Positions 38,135 to 51,154 are shown, numbered from the stretch's first letter. The stretch is DNA of 64,000 bases from Octopus sinensis (GCF_006345805.1 NC_043011.1:36902464-36966463); one strand, 5' to 3'. Made by a program: numbers and translations. Notes: generated from the letters alone by a model not told the origin.

Positions 38135-38555
38135 GGGCATATGGCATAGTGGTTCGGAGCGCGGGCTACTAACCCCAAAATTCTGAATACGATTTCAAGC
38201 AGTGACCTGAATAATAATGATGATGATGATAATAATAATAATAATATAATAATAATAATAACAACAACAACAACAACAACAATGATAATAATGATAATAA
38301 TAATAATAACAACAACAACAACAACAATAACAACAACAACCACAATGATAATAATAATAATAATAATAATAATATAATAATAATAATAATGAATGAGAAC
38401 CTAGGTTCGAAATTTCCCCAAGACACCTGATGAAGGCTGGAGGGTATATCAGCTGAAACGCTGTGTTAGCAACAAACAAGATGATGACAAATATCCGTCA
38501 AATGTAAATAATATAAATAATGTACATAATTCCTCATCTCTTAAATATAGAACTG
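38135..38555 (+). mobile_element. Composite SINE-like element: tRNA head, (AAT/AAC)n spacer, hammerhead-bearing tail
   Basis: A-box TGGCATAGTGG, anticodon-arm-like GGG-CTACTAA-CCC, degenerate B-box; tail with GACAC-CTGATGA-A-GGCTG..CAGCT-GAAA-CG-C-T-GTGTT. Confidence 0.75.
38422..38467 (+). ncRNA. Minimal type I hammerhead, probably inactivated (U16.1C)
   Basis: Helix I GACAC/GUGUU, core CUGAUGA plus an extra A, helix II GGCUG/CAGCU, then GAAAC-G-C-U. The related copies at 53472-53653 have GUU here. Confidence 0.68.
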
Positions 38556-38989
38556 CAATTACATACTGTGGTAAATTTATCTTATTGGAACTTTTTTCTA
38601 AAAACTGTAATAAAATGGCGCAGCGCTGCTAGAGCTTCCCTAGATATTTAAAGTTTTAAAGTTGGCCTGGTTTTGAAGCAAAATGTTAATGTTAAGGGAC
38701 AATACAACCTTGTGGAGCTCTCCTTCCTTCAGAGTATTTATTACATTCGGAAAAATAAGTTATAAGCAAAAGACAGAGAAAATCCTATGAGATAAGATCA
38801 ACCAGTTACCGAACATTCGTCTTAAACTCAGCTCGTCTGGTAAATTATCAACGTTCTACATTTTCACTTATGGAACTATGGCGTTTAACTGAACCCTCCT
38901 CTCGTAAGTCTTGTCATACAGCTTGCAGTCGTGACTGAGACAGCTAAGTCAATTGAAAATTGCTCAATCGGTTATCTTCCATGAATTCG

Positions 38990-39215
38990 AATTTGTTTCA
39001 AATTTTGGCACAAGGCCAATTATTTTGAGGAAGGTGATAAGTTTTATTATATCGTGTTCAGTGCTGAACTAATACGTATTTATTTTATTAACGCCGAAAG
39101 AATGAAAGAAAAGTTCGATCTGGAAGGAATTTGAAATCAGATCTTAAAGGCGGACGTTATGTCGCTAAACACTTTGCTCGATGTGCTAACAATTCTGCCA
39201 GATTACCGCCTTAAA
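38990..39215 (-). mobile_element. SINE family B, decayed
   Basis: AATTTTGGCACAAGGCC...GGAATTTGAAATCAG...TGCTAACAATTCTGCCAG. Confidence 0.7.
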
Positions 39216-39575
39216 GCATGAATAGATAGATATTGCAACATGCATACAGACATCTACATACCAATATTACCAACAGCAAGAAATATATCCGCGTTTGATA
39301 CGTGCATTCAGACCGATGACTGCATTGGTGTATGTTCCTTGCATATTCTCGTTTAAGTAATATGGCGATGAAATAAAAGCCCAATTTCCGAAGACATAGA
39401 ACAAATTTTCTAGAATAATGTAATGGAAAAACATGTATCGTTAATTATAAATTCCTTCGTTGTCACAGAGTACACGTACTCCAGTTTTAGTAAGATGTTT
39501 CAAAGATGAAAAATGACGAAGAGCGCTTTGTTGATTATTTACAATCATAAGAAAATATTCAAATATAATTTATAT

Positions 39576-40009
39576 AGGTGCAGGAGTGGCTGTGTGGTAA
39601 GTAGCTTGCTTACCAACCACATGTTTCCGGTAAATAGCTTGGTTACCAACCACATGTTTCTGTGTGGCACCTCGGCCAAGTGTCTTCTACTGTAGCCTCG
39701 GGCCGACCAGAGCCTTTTGAGTGGATTTGGTAGACGGAAACTGAAAGAAGCTCGTCGTATATATGTACATATATGTATATGTATTTGTGTGTATATGTTT
39801 GTGTGTCTGTGTTTGTCTCCCCAACATCGCTTGACAACTGATGCTGGTGTGTTTACGTCCACGTAACATAGCTGTTCGGCAAAAGACAACCGATAGAATA
39901 AGTACAAAGCTTACAAAGAATAAGTTCGGGGGTCGATTTGCTCGACTAAATGCGGTGCTCCAGCATGGCCGAATTCAAATGACTGAAACAAGTAAAAGAG
40001 TAAAAGAGT
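39576..40009 (+). mobile_element. SINE family A with an internal head duplication
   Basis: GTA(A)GTAGCTTG(C/G)TTACCAACCACATGTTTC occurs twice; full tail. Confidence 0.92.
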
Positions 40010-40039
40010 GAATGGTTTTATGTGGTTTCGATTTGTCAA

Positions 40040-40355
40040 GGCATAGACATAAATAACCACTCCCTCATCTGGAAATCACGCTTCTTAACATCTGAGCAGC
40101 AGAGATGATTCCTCAGGACGCATTGTGTCCTTGAGCAAGTTTCTTCATCTCACGAAGCTTCCGTTAACTAAGCTGATAAAAAATGTGTTGTGCTGAAAAT
40201 TCGAGGTTGAGCCTCGTCACATTTTATGACAAGCTGAATCTCCCTGAGAACTACTTTAAGATTGTGCGCGTCTTTGGAGTGCTCAACCACTTACACATTA
40301 ATTTTACGAGCAGGCTATTTCGTTGATCGGTTGAATTAGGACACTTATCAACGTA
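40040..40355 (+). mobile_element. Decayed SINE with CORE-like body and the tail shared with 59989-60360
   Basis: GCATTGTGTCCTTGAGCAAG; GGAGTGCTCAACCACTTACAC..CACGAGCAG..CGTTGATCGG. Confidence 0.65.
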
Positions 40356-40484
40356 ACCAACAGAGGGCCAGTTAAGTATATAGATATGTATGCATGTATG
40401 TACGTACGTACGTACGTATGTATGTGTGCATGTATGTATGTATGAAAGTATGTATGTACGTATGTATGCGCGTGTGTCGGTATA

Positions 40485-40698
40485 CGTGGGGTACTGAAAA
40501 GTTCTTGGATTTAAGGGTAACACAAAATTCCTGGCTGGAGGCCCAAACTTTTGAGTTGTTTTTCAAGCTGAAAAAAACTGAAGGATCACTGCAATAAGTT
40601 TGTGAACCTGAGAGGGAAATATGTTGAATAATATGATAATTAAGTGATCCTACAGTATTTTCTTCTAGCCAAAGCAATAAACTTTTCAGCACGCACTC

Positions 40699-40699
<1 letters not shown>
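40485..40699 (+). mobile_element. Mariner-derived MITE, complete, TA TSD
   Basis: TA|CGTGGGGTACTGAAAAGTTC...AACTTTTCAGCACGCACTCG|TA; interior encodes a remnant of the mariner C-terminus (EKTEGSLQ*-like / LRG.YVE*). Confidence 0.85.
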
Positions 40700-40734
<35 letters not shown>

Positions 40735-41693
40735 AAATTGTGAGTGTAACTTAAATACCATCTTGATGTAAGCGTGAGTGAAAAGCAAACCTCCAATTCT
40801 ATTCTTTGTTTTGTTCAGCCAACTGGTCAAACCCCATTCAACTTTTATGACTCTCAAGGACGGATCTACAATATACAGGAAAATATTTCCCTTTATACAA
40901 TAAAAAAACGTCTCATCTGGTCCTACCTACGACCAATATTATTTTTCATATCTTAGCCTATGTGAAGTTTATTGCATTGATAAAACTATTGTGAAAAATA
41001 TAGCCGTATGCCTAAATTTATTATTTTGTCTCTGCCTCAATAACCAGTAGTAGTATTGGTTTGTAATTAATAAAGGAATTATTTTCGTTCAGTGACACGA
41101 AATTCTTCTTATTCCCTGGTGAAGACACGTTTTGTCTCTACTTGTATGCACATGCATTATATAAAATTTGAAACTTTCGTCTCATTCCCCACGAGAATAT
41201 ATGAAAGTTTAGGTTCTTTGAACCGTTAATCTCTTGTCTGCTTTGTTTAAATATTTATACTTTCTCGAATATTATAGCATTTTTATTGTTTTTTTTAACA
41301 TGATAATTTGCTATATAAAACTTTTTCAATTGATTCACAAATATATATTTTCCTCTAGTTTCATACATTTGAGAAGAGTGCACCGCAGAACAAATTGTAA
41401 GCAGCCGATGGGTCAGTTTCGATTTCCTGTTCAATTATTTATTATCATTAATGCATTCACACAAAGTGGCAAGGTTGCAGCATTAGTGCCATTGCTTCCA
41501 ACTTATTATGTTCTGACTTCAAATTCAACCGGGGTTGTCTTGGCCTTTCATTTCTTTTTGTCCTACGGTGGCTGCAATTCTGCCAATGTTTGAAGCCATT
41601 ATCAATCTGATCACGTACGACGGTGATCTGGGGAAATCATTAGAGCATCAGTCAAAAATAAATTCCAGTTACCTCTTTAGATTCTTAATTCCT

Positions 41694-41912
41694 TATTTCT
41701 TTATTGCCCACAAGGGGCTAAAGATAGAGGGGACAAAGAAAGGGATTAAGTCGATTACATCGACCCCAGTGCGTAATTGGTACTTAATTCATTGACCCCG
41801 AAAGGATAAAAGGCACAGTCGACCTCGGTCGAACTTGAACTCAGAACGTAACGGCAGACGAAATAGCGCTAAGCTTTTCGCCCGGTGTGCTAACGATTCT
41901 GCTAGCTCGCTT
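41694..41912 (-). mobile_element. SINE family B, full length
   Basis: Collinear reverse complement of 55628-55858. Confidence 0.9.
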
Positions 41913-43009
41913 AAATCCTACCATTTTACATCAGCTTTCAATTTTCAAGTTCGGTAGAACGGTGTCCCAGTCCGAGATAAGGATCGATGATATTTCCTAA
42001 CGTCCCCTAATGGAAACTGCTGGTCTTTTGACTAAATTTGAAACGTTTACTTATGGATTGATTCGAGGTGAGTGTGTTGACAGAATCGATCAGCATTGAA
42101 TTAGCGGTAGAAACACCGACAAGAGCAGCATCTCAAGTTGTAATGCCCGAGTATCTAACGACATTGACTGTTTCGCATAACGACTTCACTTATACATAGA
42201 TATGCACGCCATTATCATACAATTGCACAGGGGATTAATTCTCTCTGAAATTCTAAGTTGAAGATCAAAGATAAAATTCGAAAAAAATTTCTAAGTAATC
42301 AGAATGCGTGTTACATCTTTAAAGATAAATGAAACACAAATAACAACAGCAACAACAAATTTTGCAACGCAGGCTAATTGAAGAAATGAGATTATGTATT
42401 GTTTAAGTTGCAGGACGGCACTGACACAAGTGACTTTAAAAAATGCTGTGAAAACAAAAATGTTTGCAGTAAAGAAAATGGGAATACATTGTGGCCTCCG
42501 ATGCGCTTGTTGTTATTGTATGCTCCTTCTATCAAAACACCAAGCATCCCACATACTTTGTAACTGAACTTCCGAACCGGAAGCTTTTTCATGAGGACAA
42601 CGCGTTCATTTTTTCTAGTTGTTGCCGTCATTGTTTCTGTCGTAGTTGTTATTATTATTATTACTATCTTCACCACCTGCAACCCCAACACCACTCCCAA
42701 ACACCATCCCACACCACCCTCCTCCGCCTCCACATCGTCATACCAATCATCATCATCATTGCACTTTTCTTGTAAAGAAACGGTGATTTGGATATTAAAA
42801 GAAATGTAACCACAACATGATTTCTCGCTAGTTTGTGACGTATAGTGATCCTCAATTTTGGGCCATTGTGTCCTGGAATTCGCATAACCGATCCATTTTT
42901 TGCTTCCACGTCATTTACCACATTTTATTCACATTGTTTCCCCTCAAAGTGTATCCGATTTATTCAATTTTTAAAAATATTTTTCTCAATTCTCATTTTT
43001 CTTATTCCT

Positions 43010-43079
43010 TTCTTACTATTATTATTATTATCATCATTATTATTATTATTATCATTATTATTACTATTATTATTATTAA

Positions 43080-43117
<38 letters not shown>

Positions 43118-43165
43118 TATTATTATTATTATTATTAATTATTATTAATTATTATTATTATTATA

Positions 43166-43250
<85 letters not shown>

Positions 43251-43291
43251 TTATTATTATTATTATTATTTTATTATTATTATTATTATTA

Positions 43292-43360
<69 letters not shown>

Positions 43361-43372
43361 CATTATTATTTC
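43010..43372. repeat. Long (TTA)n microsatellite
   Basis: Directly visible, ~360 bp. Confidence 0.98.
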
Positions 43373-43679
43373 GCTAATTTTCTGGCAGATCAATGCTGCG
43401 TTTCCGTTTCTGAACAACAATATTGTTTAAATTTAAAATTTAGGAAGAGAAAACAACGGAAAGACATGCTTTTATTTTCCAAGCCACTGAACGTCATTTT
43501 TCTAAATGTATAACTTCGATAATAATGAATCAGAAGAACTGATAAATAAATTTATAAAATACTCTTTCTCTAAACAGTAGTTTCATTATTCTGTTTTTTA
43601 TTCCCTAGGTTCAAATTACGCTGAGTTCAACTTAGCCATTAAACAACAAGTAACTTTAGATGCCAAGAACCCTCCTATG

Positions 43680-43738
<59 letters not shown>

Positions 43739-43739
<1 letters not shown>

Positions 43740-44294
43740 GAGTGGAAGAGCAGCGCATGCAATCAAAGTGACACTGGGGTAATATATATGAAACTAAGTA
43801 TACCCATCATGGCTACCCGTCTGATGAGGGTACACCAGGCACATGCATCACAACCATATGTGCGCGACATGGTGATCTCATATCAAGATAAACAGCGCAC
43901 GACCTTCCAGGTGGGGCCCACTTTGAATTTTCTTCTGGTCGAGTAGCCCTTATCACTCAAAAGGTCCTTGAATAAGGATTGTTTAAGGATGTTGAACGAA
44001 ACACCCATGTTTCCAAAGATGAATTATCCAAACCCCCAAGAATTCCTATCAACACACGGCAATGATGCTTCCCCACTACTTCTACTCGTGGTCAGAGATG
44101 CAAATATCGTCAGCTACTAAGGGACATGGTCAACTGGTTAGAGGCAAACAACTGACAAGCAAATCTGTGGTATTGAGCAGAATATTTGCAGTAACCCATC
44201 TTTTATACCAAGGCAAAACAATGTACATGATAACACTTCCAATCAGTTAAGATCAGAAGCCACGAGAGAACTGTCTGGTACTGTATCAGGGCAT
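43739..44294. mobile_element. Unclassified ~555-bp repeat embedded in (TTA)n
   Basis: Higher-GC block bounded on both sides by (TTA)n; no tRNA boxes, TIRs or long ORF. Repeat status is recalled, not shown by a second copy here. Confidence 0.55.
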
Positions 44295-44894
44295 TTATTA
44301 TTATCCTTATTATTATTATTATTATCCTTTTTATCATTATTATTATTTTTTTTTTTTTTTTTTTCTATTTTTATTATTATTATTACATCTTGTTGCTCTA
44401 CTCATTTTGTCTACTCTTAGTTCCCAAAAGAGCCCATTTTTCTTTTGCTGTCAATTTTGCCGGGAAATTGACATCTGACACCGAAGAACGTTTTATTTCT
44501 TTTGCACTGAAGGCAACCCTGTACTGATCGCTAACGAGATAACGTAATGTTTATGTCTAAGCAAAAAAAAAAAAAATTCCTTTAAAAAAATACGAATGTG
44601 AATAACACGATTATAATATCCGTGATGAATCAGTTGAGAAAGAGAAGTGATAAATGATAGTATGAGGGAGGAAAACCGTTCTACAAATATGGGTCTCAGA
44701 ACGAAGAATAGTGTGGCTTCTAGATTAATGATACTTGACCAGAAATGGCCTGAACTCTTTGCACGAACACCCTCCCTGTACAGAACTCCTTGTCCACCTA
44801 CATGGCCTTGCGTTTTGCTTTTTGAGCCAAAAAATTAACTTAACTTAACTTAACTTAAATAATTTGGTGTCCCTGAGATACGGTATCTCGTTGA

Positions 44895-45080
44895 TTAATT
44901 GGTTTAAATTTTGTCACAAAGTCAGCGATTTCGGGGAAGGTTTCGATTATATCGACTGCTGTGTTCAACTAGAATTTCTTTTATTGAACCCGAAAGGAAG
45001 AAAGGCATGGTCAACTTCGGCGGAATTTGAACTCAGGACATAAAGACAGGCATGTGAACTAAAGATTGTGCCAGCTGGCC
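44895..45080 (-). mobile_element. SINE family B, decayed
   Basis: CCCGAAAGGAAGAAAGGC..CTTCGGCGGAATTTGAACTCAG. Confidence 0.72.
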
Positions 45081-45579
45081 GTCTAATTATGATAATATTA
45101 ATATATCTATTAATATGTTAAAATTCAGACCAACTAGACAAATGCTGAAACACCGACAAAAGCATAACAGTCACAATTGAATCCAAGGAAAGAAATTTGG
45201 GTAATCTAAGAATTAAGTAATCTATCCTCATAGACCGAGCAGTGCCCCAAGTTAACAACAGACTAGAGGCTGGTATTCAGCATAATATTTAGCTACATCT
45301 GGATGCGTGTAGGTTCATCTTTGATAACATGCTCATGTATTATTTTCGAAGGAGAAAAAAGGTAATTGCACGTATAATACATAACTTAGAAGCAGCGTTA
45401 CGGATGTACCAGCACAAACGAGCTTGAAACATGGCTGCCCTCACGCATTTCTCATGAGGAATTCCGGAAGGAACTTCGTGAGACCACTGCAGAGACGCTT
45501 CCGGGAAAAAGCAGTTGGAAAACCGATTTTAGTAGTGACTCGATCAATTCCTAGGGATATCTGAAGAAGGAACTTTTAT

Positions 45580-45987
45580 ACTCTTACTCTCTTTTACTTG
45601 TTTCAGTCATTTAACTGCGGCCATACTGGAGCATCGCCTTTAGTCGAGCAAATCGACCCCGGGACTTATTCTTTGTAAGCCCAGTACTTATTCTATCGGT
45701 CTCTTTTGCCGAACCGCTAAGTGACGGGGACGTAAACACACCAGCATCGGTTGTCAAGCAATGCTAGGGGGATAAACACAGACACACAAACATATACAAA
45801 CACACTTATATATATACATATATACGACAGGCTTCTTTCAGTTTCCGTCTACCAAATCCACTCACAAGGCATTGGTCGGCCCGGGGCTATAGCAGAAGAC
45901 ACTTGCCCAAGATGCTACGCAGTGGGACTGAACCCGGAACCATGTGGTTGTTAGCAAGCTACTTACCACACAGCCACTCCTGCGCCT
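45580..45987 (-). mobile_element. SINE family A, full length
   Basis: Reverse complement of the complete head, body and tail. Confidence 0.94.
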
Positions 45988-46937
45988 ATATTCCAAAATA
46001 TTATATCAGACTATGGATGATTCAATTACAACAGTTATTATAGTCCAGTGTTGTTATTGTAGAGCATGGTTGTGCCATTGAAAACACATTATTTTTATTA
46101 AACTAATTTATAAACGTAGGAGTGGCTGTGTGGTAAGTTGCTTCCTTACCAACCACATGGTGTAGCATATAAAAAAAAACTCATTTCAATTTTAATTTTA
46201 AATAAATACGTTCTCAAACTGGCAATGGCTACTGCAGTGAATTATTTTATGCAGTATTATTTCCGGTAATTTAGCGCGCCAAAACGAAGACTTTTGAAAA
46301 ATAGCCACAAATGTAATAGGTAGAACTGCATGCATTTTCGACTTCGTGTTGATGTCTGGTGTGTAGTTCTGCAAATTATATTTGTATAGACGATCATACT
46401 GAAGATCTGCAGATAAATTACGTAAGTAAAATTACGTAATTTGTTGATAGTGAAACATTTGTTTATGATTAATTTATATTTTTGTTACATTTCATTTGTG
46501 TTACTCGCTTACGTTTCTGATGCTTGCTATATTTTTTAGAGAACAATTCTTAGTGGTTAAGACCATAGCGGATCTTCTTCTAGCATAAGGGTTTCCACAA
46601 GGTGGTAAATTCACTCTTATATGTATGTAATATATATATATATACATACATACAAATGTTCCATATCTATTCACGAAATTCGATTTGTAGCAGCATGCCT
46701 ATGCTAGAAATTCGATATATAAGCAGGAAAGTTATTTAAATTGAAGAAAAAAAATATCTCGATGATTTGCAGAGATGCGAAAGCAACGTAAATCTTAAAA
46801 GCTGTTTATACTTCGTATAACATCAAAGTGCAAAGATCAAATTTTAATTTCTCTTGATATGGCATATATGTACATCGAGTGTTCCGATGTGTACAGATGA
46901 AACTTCTGACATATGTGGAGAGAAATTGAAAGATTTA

Positions 46938-47479
46938 TCTCTCTCGTCTATATCTATGACATTTTGCCCTTGTAAAAATAATAAAATCGATATATTTCTT
47001 TTTCCTTTTAAACTCAACTACCAAGAAATATTGGTTTCTTATAATTTAGAACAGAAATCCAGTATATTACAGTTATATAAATTACCAAATACTAATGTCT
47101 CTGGTTTTATAAACGGTATTAATATATACATCACATAAATTAAATCCTTTCCCATAAAAATAACTGTTGGGGTTCATAATGGTCGAAAAACTGGGTTTTC
47201 GTTTGTTTTCTCTCTCGTCTATATCTATGACATTTTGCCCTTGTAAAAATAATAAAATCGATATATTTCTTTTTCCTTTCAAACTCAACTACCAAGAAAT
47301 ATTGGTTTCTTATAATTTAGACAGAAATCCAGTATATTACAGTTATATAAATTACCAAATACTAATGTCTCTGGTTTTATAAACGGTATTAATATTTACA
47401 TCACATAAATTTATATCCTTTCCCATGAAAATAACTGTTGGGGTTCATAATGGTCGAAAAATTGGGTTTCCATTTGTTT
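46938..47479. repeat. Tandem duplication, period 271 bp, two copies
   Basis: TCTCTCTCGTCTATATCTATGAC starts at 46938 and 47209; near-identical throughout. Confidence 0.95.
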
Positions 47480-48182
47480 CCTCAGAGCAGACGACAAATG
47501 TGGTAGAGATATACTTACATAATGTTTCCTGCTCTAGGATCGAATATTTTATATTTCTTGGCCATGCTGCGGAACTTCCTTGGGGATCTTTCGTCGAAAC
47601 AATCGACCTAGCAGTTATATTTGTCTAAGCCTGGTCCTTATTCTATTGGCTAATGAGAAGCTTGATGAGAGTTTCAAAAGATGTATTGTTCATTCTTCCA
47701 TTGAATATCAAAGACGTGCCAGAGGTTGATACGATTCATTAAACAACGCCCAGTACCACTTTGGTGTTGCACTTTCAGCACAAAAAATAATTTTCCTAAT
47801 GCCAAATACCTGATCTAGTCTTCTATGATGGCTATAATACGGTCAGTAAGAGCTCTATAACATACCGTTTGTGTTTATTGCATAAAATGGGTACAGAAAT
47901 TGAATGGAAAGTTTTAAATAACTAGATGTTGAACAAAACACGGCCCAGGCGTCTAAGAATATGCTCACATTTATCCGGTGGGCTTCACCTTAAAGGAGTT
48001 TTCCTTAAATCCTAACTAACTGTTGTAAAAAAAAAAATTAAAGGAAGTTAACATTTGAGTAATGTGGTCAAAAGTGAAATGTTCACCATTGCAAAAAGAC
48101 GGAAATAGCCATGGCTGAAACGCCTTTGATCACTGTCTCGCTTACACAGGGCCAATTGCAGGGAAGATTCACTACAAAAATA

Positions 48183-48214
<32 letters not shown>

Positions 48215-49864
48215 AATAATAAGTACAAGACCTACTGCAAACGGGAGCCTCTAAACAATTACACATCTTGCTATAAATAGTTACCAAATTTCACACATAT
48301 CGTTTAGTAATGTTATTTTAAAAATGGTGGATATTGCATATTGTTGTTCTCAGTATTATTGTTGACGGCGGTGTAAGGTTTATGGCGTCAATGTTTCATC
48401 CTTACTGGGTTTCATTAGAGTGAATGTAATATATGCAAAAAAAATCATAGCCAACAAATACAAACAAAACTACCAAGAGTTCGCATTTAATAGGGAATCT
48501 TTCAAAAATATTTTTACTGTTAAAGTATCATTTGTAGTCGCTTTAGAGGAACGACTATTATTAACTCTACGAAAATTAGCATTGCTGATCTGAACTGATT
48601 TAGTCTGAAGGAAAAAACAATGGACATTCAATTTCTGTTTCTGTTCTTCAGTTGGAAATAAATTATCTGTTACTGAACAGAACGAATTCGTTTTTGTAGT
48701 TAGAATTTTGCACACGTGACAATTTGATAATTCCGTGCATGTCATATCAGAAAGAGATTCCTCACGCGAATACTAGATCTGATCGAATATGTCGATTTAA
48801 AAATAGACACACTGACAATGAAGACAGATAAAGTAGGAAGGTGCTTAGATACGGCTGAAACAATTTTGATCATTGATGATTGGATCAGCACTTACCTGGG
48901 GTTTAAATAAATCAACAACAAAAAGTGAATCCGTTTTAGATTAATATTTACAGTTCGTAATAGATAGTAAAATTTACCTTTTATCATGATTTAATTTCAA
49001 AAGCATAAAATTGAGTAAGTTTAAAACTATGTAATTGTATTATGGAATTATGAAAATATCAGAAACATCAAATATTTTACCGCATAAAAATATTTAATTT
49101 TTGGCAGAATATGCTGAGATTTGTACTGCATATGTACCTAAGCAAAAATTCGTTCAATCATTTAATCACCATATTCTCCACCCACTCTACACAACTAACT
49201 AACATCCAACAATAATATATCTGGTTCAATATATGGAATTAATATATCAGCCATATTTTCAGAAAGAAAAAACAAATAGAGAATATATAAGTTCCATTCG
49301 TTACGAGCTGTAACGAAAACTAGCTTAATTTAATTACGAAATGAAAAAAGAACTAAATATTCGGTTGCTCAATTTCCCTATAGATATGATTGTTCATTTA
49401 TTTACAATTAAGAGAAATTAGTGGTTTTGTAATTACTCTATATTTACAATGATAAATGGATCTCAAGTTCTTTTGTTTCTTTCGAGAAATCATATCAGTA
49501 ACGTGTATTCAATATTAGGGGATACGTTTTGCAAAATTTGGATCCCTAAGTTTGATAATCATTAATTTTAGATGTGCCATTCCTTAATTGATACGTCTTG
49601 TATAGGTTTTGAGAAAAGGATACAGTTGCTAAGACAACAATTAACATGGCTCATTTTAAGGAGATATTTTTGAAAAAAATGTTTCCTTTTATGCTGAATT
49701 CAACGTAAAAGTAAAGATAATCAAATGTTAGCAATCCGTTCTTCTGCGTTTCTCTATCATACTGCAACACTTTGAGAGTGCAGCATTACTGTTGCTTATA
49801 ACCACACTGGATAAATGTCTTTGTAAGGCAAACTCGAGGTAATGCGCAGCTAGTTGTTGTTGTT

Positions 49865-50046
49865 GTTTGTTCCTTCTCGAGCCACGCCTGGCTCATAAGG
49901 GCCGGTTTCCCGGTTTCCTTGGCGTATAGGTTCCCCACCTGGACGGGACGCCTGTCCGTCGCAGATGAGCTGCAGGATGCAGGAGGAAAGAGTGAGAGAA
50001 ATTTGAGGCGAAAGAGTCAGCAGATGTTCGCCGTTACCTTCTACCG

Positions 50047-50048
<2 letters not shown>
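49865..50048 (-). mobile_element. SINE 3' portion (body of the 59989 family plus tail of the 730 family), truncated by (GA)/(TA)n
   Basis: GGACGGGACGCC and CCGGTTTCCCGGTTTCC are shared with 730-830; GAGTGAGAGAAATTTG.GGCGAAAGA is shared with 60140-60170. Confidence 0.8.
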
Positions 50049-50083
<35 letters not shown>

Positions 50084-50475
50084 TAAATTCTCAGGATATG
50101 AGGTGTCAAAGGAATAATCAATTATCTTATAAACTTCATAGGATTACAGCTGTTTCTACTTTAGAGATGTATTGGCCTCATAGTTGAGTGCGCCTTGTAA
50201 CTTCAACGGTCTCTCAAATATGAAGCGTATTTTCTTTGGGAAAACAATTACATGTATGCATGTACCCAAAACAGTATTACCAATAAGAATACATGCATGT
50301 GGGGAATGAAATCCTGGAGTCCTTTCCATAATTAGAGGAAGGTTAATGTTAAAGTGTGTATAAGGATAGGTAAATTCATCTGTACAAAAACAGTAATTGA
50401 ATAGATCTATCAGTATATATATATATATACATATACATGTATGTGTTTGTGTGTGTGAATTCATATATATAAATA

Positions 50476-50548
<73 letters not shown>

Positions 50549-50557
50549 ATATATATC

Positions 50558-51110
50558 AGTTTAACAATTGAGGATAACCTCTTAATAAGGAATCTTAACA
50601 AGAAGTTATCAGGTAGTTAGCGTGAAAAACCTCATAAAAGAAAAGAATTCGAAAATAATTCCTTTCTTTTGAACAAATTAATTATATCTATATTGTATAG
50701 AGGGCATTATTATACATAAATGCCTCACACTAAGAGGGACAAAGTCATTACTACCAAAATTATACTAAACATACCCAAATGCAGTTCTTCAAAGCAAGAC
50801 ATTTAAAAAATGAATTTAGTTCTGTATCACCGTGATTTCACATTCAACTTACGTTTTATGATCCTCAGCAGAACTGATTCTGAACACATCATAAATAAAC
50901 CACCAACCTTACGTAGCGAAGACGAACAGACATCTATTCACTCCGGCCAAGCACATGGAATGTTTATAAATCATATATTCGGTAAATGGCGGGCTTCTTT
51001 CAAACTGCATGTCGGGTAAGAAAAGTATTTCGGAATAAGTTTAACAATTGAGGATAACCTCTTAATAAGGAATCTTAACAAGAAATTATCAGGTAGTTAG
51101 CGTGAAAAAC

Positions 51111-51115
<5 letters not shown>
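50558..51115. mobile_element. 558-bp element with 78-bp terminal direct repeats (period 480) inserted in (TA)n
   Basis: 50558-50635 vs 51038-51115, one mismatch; a related fragment lies on the minus strand at ~5860-5945. Confidence 0.85.

Positions 51116-51154
<39 letters not shown>

Noticed and set aside
38135-38210. Possible tRNA gene (and similar heads at 2107, 17235, 59989)
   Set aside because: Acceptor and T arms are degenerate, and each head continues into a SINE body.
43821-43845. CTGATGAGGGTAC
   Set aside because: No closing helix II or GAAA follows.
45391-45555. 54-codon open frame KQRYGCTSTNELETWLPSRISHEEFRKELRE...
   Set aside because: No recognisable homology or donor site; it could be decayed TE sequence.
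48111-48260. MAETPLITVSLTQGQLQGRF, resembling a carboxylesterase N-terminus
   Set aside because: It runs into (ACT)n and a stop with no donor site or downstream GIPYA motif.
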